Assembly: GCA_021613535.1 (NCBI GenBank)
Contig: CP075493.1
Location: forward strand, 8,990,001-9,054,000
Direction: 5' to 3'
Length of the DNA stretch: 64,000 bases
Origin: Adineta vaga
Taxonomy: Eukaryota > Animalia > Rotifera
Below are positions 49,065 to 62,784 of the stretch, one piece after another; position 1 is the stretch's first letter, and each line of letters opens with the position of its first letter. The position numbers were made by a program, and so were the translations under genes. The notes under the pieces were generated by a model. It worked only from the letters and a program-made list of their open reading frames with translations, had not been told where the DNA came from and did no database searches.

Positions 49065-52000
49065 TCGATGAATAACAGTAGAAGTGATTTAGTACGTTCA
49101 ATGTAATAACGAGAATTGCGTCATGCATTCTGTGTTCAATATTCTATAATGCCATTTTGTTTTACGTTTCATATTATTTTATTGTATCTATATGGTAAAG
49201 TTCGACTATTTTGACTCTAATTTCAATACATGCACTTCAAATAGTTAGAGAGACTTTTTTATGCAATCGATGAAGGACTCAATCTTTAGTTTAGTTTCAT
49301 ATCTAGCATCGATATTTATATATTCTTTCATCATCATGCGATGACATCATTCACATATCCGAGAAGTATATTTTATTTTTCTTTTACTGTTAAAGTGACC
49401 AAACGATGGTATATTCATGAACATGGCAGATTGATAAGAGAGTCGAGTACGGAAGTAAGCTATCTTGGACAACGATCTACTGTTTTTTTCCCCTACTCTG
49501 TATTCTATCATGATGATCATCATCTGAAGAGAGTAAGTCCTTGACAAGGTGTGTACAATGACTTTTGTTTCTTTCATTAAACAACGAAGAGAAAGGATAT
49601 CATTAAGATTGAAATTCCATTCGTTATTATGATGATCAAGAAGCTTAAGAAGAAAAAATTCTTTTCGCTCGCTTTTTTTTCCTTTGTGAATTTTTAACAT
49701 ATGTGCATTCAATGAGAATTTCATAATGATCTATCGTTGAGAAAAGTTTATCGATTCTTTCTTTTTTCCTTGAGTCTCTTACGAGCGTGTTATATTCACA
49801 TGTTTCAACCGAAACTATTCCTCGTTCATAGAATATATAATAACTTCAAGGATTATAATGAAAAGAGAAACGATCAAGGTAAAATAGATTCCATATTGAT
49901 TATTTAATATATTATTCTAAAAGGGAATACCTGTAAGATGTATTCATTTTCCATTTGATGTTCAAAAGAATGACAATTATTTTTTCCTGTCTCTTGATGT
50001 ACTTGAAAGAGAAATCGCTTGTTTTAAGAGTGACAACACAATCTGGCGTGCAAGGAGGAACGTATGTATGCACTTGAAATAACCTTGAAGTACACTAATT
50101 TCTTTCTTCTCTGTCTAATGCTCCATGTGTAAATCGATATCAAGTGCACGAATAGAGGAATGTACAGAGGCGACAGCTTCCCATTGATCATTCTAATATG
50201 ACAGCTGAACTTTTCCCGTCATCATATGTACAGGGTTAATGGGACTTGAGAGCCATTGTGATTTACTTTACCGTTGATGTGGACAAAATGTGAGCCACAG
50301 GGGGTGGAGCCGTCCTATTGTTGTCTTTTAATAACAACAAAAATAATGCATTCAAAACACACCATATATGTATTATTGTTCTAACTAAATGAATGGTTTG
50401 TTTGTTTGACAATGTCTCACTCTTTTAACGGATTAAACAATATCTATATCCTTCTCTTATTCTTACGTCACACATATCTATCTATATGTATACAAATAAC
50501 ATTCATCCGATTATCCATATGTGAAACGCCAGAAATTTCCATTTTCTTCTTCTTTTCAATTGATAACTTACATCATTCATTAACAAGAAAATACAATTTC
50601 TAATCGTTTTGACAAGTCGACTGATTGTTTAGTTACAAATAAGAGCATAACAGTTAGCTCACTTATGCAATCATTCCTGTCAAATTATTATCAAACATGT
50701 TAAAAATTTACACCAACAAATTCGTTTTTCACACTACTTTAGCATATATGTGTCATGAGTATACATTGTAACCTTGAGTCCAACAAAAGAAAGTGGTACC
50801 TATAGAGAATATAATTATTTTCAAGGAACTATATCGAAATTGATTATGACTTATTCAGTTAGATCGTAGATGAGAAGAAGAAAATGAGGATGGGAAGAAC
50901 GACGACAACAAAGAAGAGGAGGAGAAGATAAGCGATTGTCGATCAATTGATCGATCTTTTCGCAGGAATATGAAGAACATAATGTTTCTTCTTATTCTTC
51001 TTGCTCTTCAATTTCTTTTCTTTTTTTATATTCCTTTATATTGGTACGGAAGCGACAGTGAACGAACGAAGGAATAAATGAACGATTTTTTCTTTTCTCT
51101 TTCTCTTCTCATTTCGCTCTCTCCTTCTCCTTCTCCATCTCTTTCTCTGCTTCTCTTGCTGTGCGTCAAAACAGGTCAACGCACACACAAACATGCATAC
51201 ATAGCAAAGAAAAGAGAAGACAACGACAACGACAACGACGACGAAGGACTTGTTCATTATCATCGTCTTTTATTATTCGTACTACTTATTACTTGTCGAT
51301 TTCAATAAAAACACGTTGACGTGTCTATTCAAGCTTCAGTCTACCTTCCTCATGTTTATTGACAACAACGAATATTTATCATTGCCACACATCGATCGTT
51401 TTCATTAAAACCTTAGACAAGAACAAGAAAAAGAACATATGCTCTTTTTTTCCAATGATAAAAACCATCATCTCTATTCAAAATAAGGAGTGAGTATCAC
51501 TACTCATCGATGAGTTGAGCAGTAAAATAGTTGATTCATTTATTGATAACATGAAGGTCACTAAGCATTATCTTTGACGAACGGATGTGAGAAAGTGTAT
51601 TCATGCTTACTTAGAAAGAAAAATTGAATATAGCACATCGTTGTGTATTTTGTTTTGTCTGTTGTATTGTCGAGTAAGAAAATCAATGACTGTTTCTGTC
51701 TTCTTTTTAAATTCAAATGAATTTAACAGATTTGAATATTTGATTAATAGGGTGGAAAACGTTTGATGTTTTTGATTTTCATCTGCCCGCTAACATCTTT
51801 CTGATTGACTGTATCGCACATCTGATTTCTCTCTCTCTCCTTCTATGTTGTTATTATTATGTTCGAATATATATCAACTGTTCAATTGCATGTTCGATTG
51901 AAGATTGATAGTTATCTCAGGATAAATCCAAACACGAAAAGTGATGAGCGGCGGCAATCGACAATAATACACTTCAAGGAGAGTTCATTTTTTTTTCGGT

Positions 52001-52429
52001 GGCCACCTTTTCTTTTTCTATTAGAGAATGAACTATCATCATTGTTATAGAACGTGCCATGATGATGCTTTAGGAAATTTCTTTTTTACTCAATGTTCAG
52101 CATTATCGTCTACTGTTCGTTTAATTATAGAACGACTATCAACAATAACACCCCTCATCTCTTTTTACATACTGTCTATGTCTTAGTCGTTGCTTTTCAT
52201 AGACACATAAAGATAGTACGAATGAATGAACAGCTGACGGTAGGCGGTCGGTCAGTAGTCGTTTAACCTGATCTCATTAAACCTATGCATTAGTTTACTA
52301 ATGTTCATATTATTATTTTCTATGAACATCTATGATGTATATATATATTCATTCATATTAACAAATCGACATTGTTCAATCTGTATCGTTTTAGATGTCT
52401 ATGTATTTATTTATAATATAATATGCAAA

Positions 52430-55400
52430 ATGAACTTAATCTATTTTCTCGTCGTAATCTATTTGAATACCATTTGTAAGTAAAATGATAATGATGATTA
52501 ATAATGTGTCTTATAAAAATATTGATTTTTCATTTATTTAGATTGTTTACCACAAGTTCGTGTACGTCCACAATCTGCTGTATTACCTTCTTCATCGGAA
52601 GCACGTTTAATATGTGAAAGTACAGATACACCGTTTATTTCCGTTGCTTATTGGACTCATATTGGTCAACGTATCGAATTAAATCCATCGATTGTAGAAA
52701 TGCATGGTAATGAATTACGTTTATTTCAATTTGGTGATACTGCTTATACACAACCGGGAGCTTACTCATGTGTTGTTTCTACTCGTTATGGTCTACTGGA
52801 AAGTGAACCGGCAATGTTAAGTTTACCAAGTAAGTCAATGTGCTTGTCTGAAAGAGTGCTCAATTGATTTCTTCTTATGGATTTTTAATACAATTTTCAA
52901 TGGTTCATTAAGAGAAGGGTGTGAGACTTTTTCTTTTCTTTTGATTATTATTTTATTTGGTCTATGTATAAAATAATGACTAACGATAAGAGCACTAGCA
53001 CCTTTCATGACTCATTAAAATAGTCTATCATCCCTCCGGTCAAAGCGATAGTCGTAGTGGTTACTCTAGTTAATTTGATTCCATTGCCTTCATCATTGTG
53101 TGTATTGTGGCTTGATTGTCTGCACACGATGAAACAAAAAATATAAAAGAGAGAAAGGTCTATTGAATATTAATCTCGAAATGTACATATATATGTTTTG
53201 ATGATTTGAACCATGAAATTGTCTAGTCAAAGATCCGATTTGAGATGTTTCTATCTCGCCTTCATCATCACCATCATCATTATCATCATGAAGATCATGA
53301 GCAGTTGTTTAAATAGACTCTCATTGCTTCTAAGTGAGAGTGAATGACGCAGCAATCTGTATGTGTGTATGTAAACAGAGCACGATGTTGTGAATATAGA
53401 CACATGTCTTCTTCTTCTCCTCTCGCTTCCTCGCGCGTGCACATTCGCTCGCAATTAGAACATAGTAAGCTTAATCACTTACGTAATAGTAGTTCATTGT
53501 TGACTTGTATCACATACATAATAGCTCATCATGTCTGTGAATAATGGATGTGTAACAGATAGATATTTGCTATGGTGATCCTGAAAATGTATCAACAATC
53601 TAGCAAAATGTCACTCGACATGGCCAGAAAGAAATTCCCATGAGTGAAAAGTCTGTCATCATTGTTTTGTCTTGATAAAATTAGAGCAGAAAGGTCATGA
53701 TGAGCTGTAGGCTATCTCGATCAAAATGATGGAACGACGTGAAGAAAAGATAAGTGACCAGTTGGAGAGATTGAATGATCATTAATTTCGATCATTGTGA
53801 TAGAAGAAAAAAGAGAAGAAGGCGGAGGAGAAGATAGATCATCAGTCTTCCTGATTATCAGTGAAGAACACGATTTATATTTTAATATAAATTTATCATT
53901 AATCTATACACACACATTCATCAGCAGATGATTGTGTTACGACACCATGGTAATGATGATGATAAATGCCATTTCTAGCAGAAATGAGTAATGAGTAAAT
54001 ATTGTTTAAACCGTCGGTCATGCACACATAATCCGGATATTATTTTCTTTCTAATTCACTTAACACCCAAAGCAAGTTTAGTTCGGAAATGAACGGCTAC
54101 ACATATTGGGTCACTGACCAATGCAGTGTTTTCTTTTACTTCCAAACATTCGGAGCGTCAGTCACAGCGGGTGATTAAAAAGAAAAATGCACGACGCCTT
54201 CTCATTTTATTTGTTCGCGAATACTTTGTCAAAGATGAACTAGTTAATTGAGAATGTCGAGTCAATTGAATTTTCTTAAATGATGGCATGTTGAATAAAT
54301 AATTCATCTGCTCCTAGAAAAGAATGTGATGTTTGCCGACGGGAAGAATTAATTACAATTTCTTTTCATTTTAGCATTAGATTCATTTGCACCAAACAAA
54401 AATGAAAATAATATTTTAAATTTAACTGAAGGAAACATTGCAGTTATACCATGTGAATTACCGAATGGAAATCCTAAACCGACACCAATATTTTCTCTCG
54501 ATAATAATCCGATCGTTATTGAATCAAATTCAAGTAGGAGTGAATGATCTCCATGGAATAGACAAGAGAAAACTTTGTCTTTTTTTTTAGATCGTTATAA
54601 AATTTTACCCAGTGGTAATTTACATATTATTGATATACAACCGTCTGATGCAGGAAAATATCAATGTACAGCTAAAAATTCAATAACTGGACAAATTGTA
54701 AATAATAGTCAAATAACAACTCTACAAGTAGCCAATAAACCATCGAATGATAGAGAACGACAATCACTTTTTACTGTACATAAACCACCACCAGCTTCAA
54801 GGTAATGTATCTTTGGTTATTGAATTTTGAAATGATTTATTTATCGTATATTCATAGAGTGCTTGTTGGAGACAATTTTTCCATTGAATGTGTTATTGCT
54901 GGTTGGCCAAAACCAACAGTTGAATGGGAAAAATATGGAGATATTTTGCCAGAGAAAAGAAGTGAAGTTAAATATGGAACACTTTTTCTATATAATATAC
55001 GTTTGGAAGATCGTGGAACATATATATGTCGAGCAACAAGTTCTAATGGTCAATCAGATATTGCTTATACAGCTTTAGTAGAAGTTTTAGGTAAGATGAT
55101 GCTGATCATTGTTGATATAATGTTGAGATTGTATTTTCTTCTTTTCTAGAACCACCAAAAGTAATTCAACGGCCTGATTCATTAATTCAAGTTAATGATG
55201 GTAATAGTGTTTCAATTAAATGTGGTTTTCGTGGTCGTCCTGAACCTGCTATTACCTGGTTATATAATGGAGAAGAATTCTTAATGAATGGATCACCGAT
55301 TACAGGTAATTGATTTCTAATAGGATTATTGCAAGTTGAACTATGATTGTTTTCTTAGGTGGTGTTCTATCATTGAATCAACCGAAAGAAGGTATTTATC

Positions 55401-57709
55401 AGTGTGTTGGTCGAAATGCATATGGAATTGCTCATGCAAGTACAGCTCTCGTTCTTCCAGATGATACAGGTAAAATTCGTTTTCCATTCTTTTTCTGTTT
55501 CATCTATTCCGACTGCTTGTTCTAGATAAAAATGAACCTGATATATTACCTGTTAAAAAATCTTTGATCATTTTCGGTCCAAATAATATTACTGTCTATG
55601 AAGGTGAAACAGTTCAACTTCATTGTTTAACTCAACCTGGTTCAACTGTTCAATGGGTACATAACAATGAAATAATTAATTTAAATCAAATGCGTCGTTA
55701 TGAGATGCTTTCATCTGGTGGTCTTCGTATTGTTTCAGCACAAAAATCTGATAGTGGAATTTACGAATGTATTGCTTCAAAAATTGGTTTTGATACAAGT
55801 ACAGCCAAATGTTTTGTTTATGTTAATGGTTTAGGATTGAATATTCCTGGTTAGTCTCTCGTTTTTTGTCTTTATTTCAATAAAAAACAAACACTAAAAT
55901 TGTTGAATTTTATTATTTCTTAGTATCAAAATTGGAAATTGTCGATATAAAACAAACTGATAATAATGCTATTCGTTTATCGTGGAAAATTAATGAAACA
56001 ATTGAAAATTATCTCAGTTCAATTCAAGTACAATATCGTTTTATTCATCCAAAAACATCATGGATGGCAACGGATGATCGTTATAATCGTTCTACAAATT
56101 ATGCAATTATTAGAAATTTACAACCAAGTCAAACGTTCAAATTTCGGCTAGTTGGATTTGATATGAACGGTAAACAATTGGTAATCAGTGCAGCTAAACG
56201 AATTACTTTGGAACCTATGAAAACTCCAATGAATTCAATTGTACCAGAAATTACCGAAGCTTGGATTACCAATGATGGACAAATCGGTTTAAAATGGAAG
56301 TTAAATTATACGGGTAATGAAATGGTGGATGGTTTCGTGATTTATTATCGAGCAACATCTTCGAAAGTAAATTTTACTACAATTACATTGCCAAATATGC
56401 GCTTTCCACCAATGAATACATTTACAATTTCAACGATGCAACCTGATCAAGAGTATGAATTACGTATGGCTACCTATTCTAGTCGTGGTGCCAGTTCAAT
56501 GAGTAATTCCATTAAAATATTTGTTCCTACAGGTAAGTTTCACTCCAAAATGATTTTCTTTCATTCAATGTAACTACTTTAGTTTCGACTGAACATCATC
56601 CTCGTGTCAATCAAATGAATACATTTACAAATCTTGATGAAGTTCTTGAAAATATTACTAAAATTCAACAACCTCCTCCAATTAGACATAATATAATTGC
56701 TTCATCTGTACCTCCAGTACAAAAGAGTTCTGATATGCTCTATCTAACCATTGGTATTATTTCTGGTATCTTATTAATTCTCATCATCATCTTGATCGCT
56801 ATGTGTATCTTACGATTATTACAACGAAAGAAACTTATCGGTATGTTCACTCATTATATCTCTTTTTCAAAATGTCATATCTTTATTTTTTTTATAGCAC
56901 GTGTTAAATCTACTAATGGTTCAGCTTATTACTGTGATGGTTTACATAAACCTCTCAATCCTGACTATGCAACAACGCCTTGTATACAGCATGGTGTTGT
57001 TTCAGTCGATGGTAAATTAGTACCTTTTGCTTATCCTACCAATCCAAGATCACCCAAATTATATTATCATCGTATACCGGCAAATTCAACTATCAATGAG
57101 AATGGAACATTACGTTTGAATTCAAATCCAATGAATCGGTTAGATAATGAAAATACACAAGAAAATTTCTATCATACATTAACACCTTTTAATATACATA
57201 ATCAATATGAAGAATGCCAATCACATGCATGTTCACGAAATCATACAGGTAGAAGAAAAGACGAATATTCTCAATATTGTTAGGAAATATGTTATGTTTG
57301 TATTTAGCTCTGTGAACGATCATCAAATTCAGCATGTCCAATACATCACCACCTTGTTAATTATTCATCTGATACACTTCCTTTAAAAATGTCATCTAAT
57401 ATCGAATCGTCTTCACAAATCGACGAAGCACCATTTTCTCCTACACATTATCATCATGCCACATGTCAACGACAGCATAAATTTAAAGGAAATCTTGCAG
57501 CGTTAGTAAACAAAGGTTTAATTGTTGATCAATCAGCACCATCAAGTACAGGTTCATCGAATTCATCTAGTGGTATTAGTTCATCCATGGAATCACCTTA
57601 TAATCATTGGAAATATTTAGTACCACTCTCCGTTTCTACGACGACAAACAATAATAACAATAATATATCATCGCCAATTATTGAACCGATACCATTGACT
57701 TCGTCGTAA
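52430..57709 (+). CDS. Ig/FN3 single-pass receptor, Ihog/Boi/BOC/CDON family (5 Ig + 2 FN3)
   Basis: Signal exon 52430-52475 (MNLIYFLVVIYLNTI). Ig2 EGNIAVIPCELPNGNPKP...YKILPSGNLHI...GKYQCTAKN resembles BOC/CDON; FN3 LKWK...VDGFVIYYRAT...MSNS resembles the Ihog/CDON membrane-proximal FN3; TM LYLTIGIISGILLILIIILIAMCIL. Twelve coding exons. Confidence 0.8.
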
Positions 57710-58260
57710 TAGTTTAGCCATAATCCTATGTTTTTTTTTCATGTCTTTCCCTCCTTCTATATTTTTGTTTTTTTCTCACATATCTGTAATCTCATGATAA
57801 AGCCTCATTCGTTTTTTGCTGCTTCAATTTGTATTCAATGTATTTGCTATTGGTATGCATAGAAATCTTCCGATGTATGATTTTTTTGTTTTGATTCGTA
57901 AAGAAATATAATCAGAGATATCTGATAACAAACATAAGTCAATACAAGTATTATTTCCGTCCTCACCAGTTGTGAAGACGCACTCAACATTTGTTAGATA
58001 TTATTTGTCTTTCTCTTCACTTTTGAATACACATGGATAATATCAATAATGCATTTCATTCACAAACTTTTCATTGATATTGAATGAATCCATTATTTCA
58101 AGGAGAGAATATACCAGCTACCACGTAGAACAAACAGGGCAGTGTAGTACACCTCGAGAGTTACACGGTGTTTTCGATGTTCAACAATTTTGTAGTATGT
58201 AACAACTTTTTCACTTTGTATAGTACGGCTGGAGAAGGGATGCAGAAGACATTGCAAAGC

Positions 58261-58800
58261 ATGTCATTTGCGTCACGCATATCGATGTAGAATCGCTTGA
58301 AGATCTTTAGCCTATTGTTGTAAATGAAGAAATACCATTGGTTCCATTGGAAGAAACAATTTAATCGCTTGTTTCGATCTTACCTGACGTTAAAAGTCAT
58401 GCCTGTATGGTTAAACAAACATGTGTGAAACCTGCCGATGATCTAACACAAGACCAATCAAGCTCTACACAGTAAGCACAGTAGACTCTCTTTATAAACT
58501 ACTCAATGAAACACTACGTTCTCCGTTTTTGATTGCACTCTCTCATCTCCCACTGCTTCACAAAATAAAACATGGAGGTGTGCAGTTAAACATGAAGGGA
58601 AATTATCTGAAGGCAAAACTGTCGTCTGATGAAGTTCTTCATCATGTACTACCTCACTAGATACTCTGGAATCAGAACAGTTTTCAATATGAAATATGAA
58701 TCTGCAAGAGACATTCATAATCATTCGTACTTTGCAACTGATGATGAAGTATTGCTTATACCAGCTACTCAGTTTCAAATCAAAAATAAACTTGACCAAG
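58261..58800 (+). pseudogene. Pseudogene of an NAD:arginine (R-S-E type) mono-ADP-ribosyltransferase
   Basis: Fragments PLVPLEETI*SLVSILPDV...KPADDLTQDQS, SLYKLLNETLRS, ALSHLP, GKTVV**SSSSCTTSL, RTVFN...RDIHNHSYFATDDEVLLIPATQFQI. Four stops plus frameshifts and deletions. Confidence 0.8.
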
Positions 58801-60288
58801 TTTATCTCTGCTTTATTACAACTAATACTAGTTATTGTTCCAAAACCAGATAAAAGAAAAATTACTAGATAAGGTTTTATATTGTTTTTGGTACAATACT
58901 TTTATTTACATAAGTTTATCGATAATTGGTAAGACTTAGATACAATAACTATCAGACAGTGATATGCAAAATATTGGTAACATGGAATATCTATTTATAG
59001 AATTAGCGCCAGAAAGTTTTCATGCATTCCTGCCGTTTAAGTCCTGTTATTGTACACTGAAAGTGTCTATGTTCAGCAGACGATACCAATCAAACAGTTG
59101 AATGATAATCCTGGCACACATCGAAAGGGACATATAAATCTCAAGTATGAATATTCTTTATTTTTACAACACTTATACTATCAAATGTAGAATTTTTAAA
59201 TTGGAACGAACAGAATGATGAATACTGATATTTTCATCGTGTTTTCACAAGTTTAATGACAGCGAAATACGAACTTTGATTCAAAATTAAACTGAAACTT
59301 TAATCACAAATTCTTTTTGTATTAACTATCATACTCATTTAGTAATGTAGATGACTAAACATATGAGAGATATCTCTTGTAAGAATAACTTTATTGGACA
59401 TTTATTTTGCATCAAATTGTGTTGACCAATTCCTATTTATCATAAATATTTTTGAAATTTGACTTCAGTTAGAGATTCTGAGAAAAAGAAATGATCTTGT
59501 TGAATCATAGAATAATTATTATTCTATCACTACCAAGTGTGATTTGCAATAATTTCATATAATCTTTAAATGTACTTTAAATAAGTAAATAACCCTATAA
59601 ATACGTCTCTATCTTTCTAGTTGGACAAATTCTTAGCTAAGTGTCACTAAACCGAAAGAAGACAGTTGATGGGATTTAGCTACTATATATTACTAATTCT
59701 ATAGAGTTTGTATACAATTCAATACATATTTTGAACATTTATAGAATATTCGTATCTTTAGTACGAAATAAACTATGATGTACATTTTTATACTCTTCTC
59801 TTAAATTTCATCTATGATCAAAAATTTAACCATATACGCCTTCATTAATAATGTTTTTGTATACTTCTAATAATTATTCTTTCTTTTTTCGAACATAGAC
59901 TTCTGGTATATCTAGTGGCCACAATAACAAGCAAAGGTCTTCTGTCTGTTAGAAAAGAATAACAAAAAAAACTAATTACACCTATCTTTCATCCATTTGT
60001 TTCCTCTTTCACACCCACACCCACACCCTCAAGATCAACTAATCGATCACTCTGTACATAAGATAATAATTTAAAAGGTTCTTTCACTATGTATTTCTTA
60101 ACCGAACGGATTTTGTACAAAAAACTGCATTTCACAATTAAAAAGAATTTGAAAGACTCTTAAAATAAAAGTATTGTATTGTTGAAAGATTTTTTTTAGT
60201 GGAGGATATTGTCTCACAGGTTTATCATTAAGAAGAAATAAGAAAAAACGAAAGAAAAAAATGAAGTCAATAATATAGTTTTCGATGT

Positions 60289-61639
60289 TTAATTAAGTTT
60301 TGGTGCACCAGCAACAATACCATCTTCAATACCACATTCATCTTTACCACGAAGGATTTTGAAGAATCCTTTATCTCCCCAATCTTCGTTCCATGCTATA
60401 GAGAAAAGTTAAACTCAACATAACCACGAATTAACATTTGAAATACACTTACAGTTAGCAACAAGCCAGTATGGTGTCGAGCTTTCAACACCCCAACCAA
60501 GGATTTTAACGGCTGTGAGAAGAAAAACAGAATAATAACAACTAAAATATTCAAATAAAACTACAAACCATGTCCACCGAGAACTGAACCAGATGTATGT
60601 TTGTAGACACCTGATTTGTATGTAAGAAAATCAGCATAGACTGTAAAAGCGGCTTCTACTGGACCATTTTTGAAGAGTTCAGTTTGGATTTGTTTTTCTG
60701 AACGAACTGCATAGACACTTTGTCCAAAATGTTTATCTTTAGGATATGGAGTTGAATAACCATCGATACATTTCTTTGTACAACGTGGTGTTGGTTGTTC
60801 ACCTTGGCACTATATTACAAGATAATAAAACTATCGAAAATAAAATTCTTTTATATTACTTACGGGTGGTAAACTTCCGTTAACACTAAAAACAAGAAAG
60901 GAGAAAATTATTTTTGAGAAAAAAATCATTCGATAAACGAAACATACTGATGATCACAAGATGGGATGGTGTATGGTTCACAACCTTGTTTGGTGTTGTA
61001 GTTACCACCAGTAACTAAACCTGAACTTTTGAAGTATGACCAAGCGGCTTGTGGGAAACCACCATCACAACCGAAACCACATGATGAACAGCATGCTAAA
61101 GAAAAGCAAAACGTTCACAAATATACATATTGAAGTAAGTCTTACGTACCAACGAGATCATCAGCTGAAATATGGAAATTTTGAGCTCCACTTGAAGCAA
61201 TACAGATACGATCAGTCATAGCTTCAACAGCACCAAAAGCCCAACAACTTCCACAGCTAGAAATATCGTCAAAATTCAATTTAAAATTTTCTTCAAAATA
61301 CAATAACACTCACCTTCCTTGATCACGAACTTCTTTGAGTGATGCACAGTTTGGCCATTGTGTACGAGCATCAAAGTTATCTGGTAAATCATTTGGTACT
61401 TCATGTTCAATTCCAGGAATTAATTTGTGTTGTTCAAAATATTCTGGGCGAACACCCATTAATCGTTTAACTGATTCCTTTGACCATGACATAAATTTTG
61501 ATGAACCAGCTTTCCATGTTGTTTGTGCAGCGTTAATTTTATTGATGAAATCTTCAGTAAGAAGTGGTTTAGGTTTAACAACCCGACCATTAACAGCGGC
61601 CAAAGCCAAACAGACGACAAGGCAAAGACGAAGAAACAT
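60289..61639 (-). CDS. CTSB: Cathepsin B
   Basis: Signal and propeptide, [18 protein letters not shown]|[16 protein letters not shown], occluding loop CDHH|VNG, GPVEAAF, GGH|[14 protein letters not shown]|.[16 protein letters not shown]. Seven exons including a 22-nt microexon. Confidence 0.96.
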
Positions 61640-62784
61640 TTGTATGTTGCTTTAACTGAATATGTTGTTGACAACAAGCAAAACTGACGACTAAATCGTC
61701 TTAATATATGCACTTGATAAGAGCCGAACTTTCTCTACCTTTTTTTTGCAGTGTATTGCTCACTCATAATGATGACAAGTTATTTCTCTTATCAAGTTTT
61801 TCTTTTTTTGGAACGGCTCTGTTGCTTATCTCTTTGCAAAAAACAAAAGATGATATGCTTCAAGGTTAAAGTCGAGAAAAAAAGGTTTTAATGACGTTTT
61901 TATTTCTTAAAACAAAAACGAAAATTTAATTATGCAATATCGAATTTTCGAGACCATTGATGATATTTGACGCGGCACCAAGGGCAAACCATGAAGGTCA
62001 TTTCTATGTGGACATATGTAAATTTGTCCATATCAAAATTCAACTTAAAGATTATTTTAAAATGATTAGTTATTTAATAAAAAAATCGACGTACTGATCG
62101 TTCAGTGAAAAAGAAAGAAATAGAAATAAAATCCATTGACTTTTTTTTAACTAGAAGGTTATCATTATCGTCGTTACCCACGTTTGATGATTCAGTCAGA
62201 GGACGTTTTCATTCAATGCTAACAATTATATGTACATATACGAACATATATATATATATACATATTACGTTGTCGTGTTACGCTCGACAACGATTATTTT
62301 TGCTCTTCTATCATACGATTCATCATTAACACATGTATATTCCCTATGCTGAGTTTGATCAAATTGTAAGATACGAGTCAGTTAGAGAGTCAAATGATAT
62401 GTAGATATACATGTCTATGTACATGTTTCTAGACATAGACTATGACATATTGAAATTTTTTTTCGTATTATCCTCTATAAATAGATACTTACAATTCTGA
62501 CTTTCACAAAACATCATTATCATTATCGACAGGTGGATGACAGGAGAGACAACGTGTTTAAATTAATGACATTATTTTTTTTCTTCTAATTTACAAAACA
62601 GGGTCGTAGAAATTGAGTACAACAATAGTTGTTACAAAGACATTATGTTCTTTCTCTTGTTCTTCATTTATTATGTTTTGTATAAACTCGTTCGTCTCAT
62701 TTTACATTCTATTTTCATTGAATAGAAGATTAACATATTTAACATTTTATTCGCATGTCATTTTTTGTATATTTAGAAACGAAG

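Noticed and set aside
51036-51308. ORFs with poly-V, poly-R and poly-D tracts
   Set aside because: Products of simple repeats in a likely promoter or UTR region.
54809-54819. TCTTTGGTTAT matches the 5' half of miR-9
   Set aside because: Match stops at 11 nt; it lies in a 57-nt intron with no hairpin.
58810-58832. TTATTACAACT resembles part of the rotifer spliced-leader exon as I recall it
   Set aside because: Partial AT-rich match only, with no clear donor, Sm site or stem-loops; my memory of the SL sequence is unverified.
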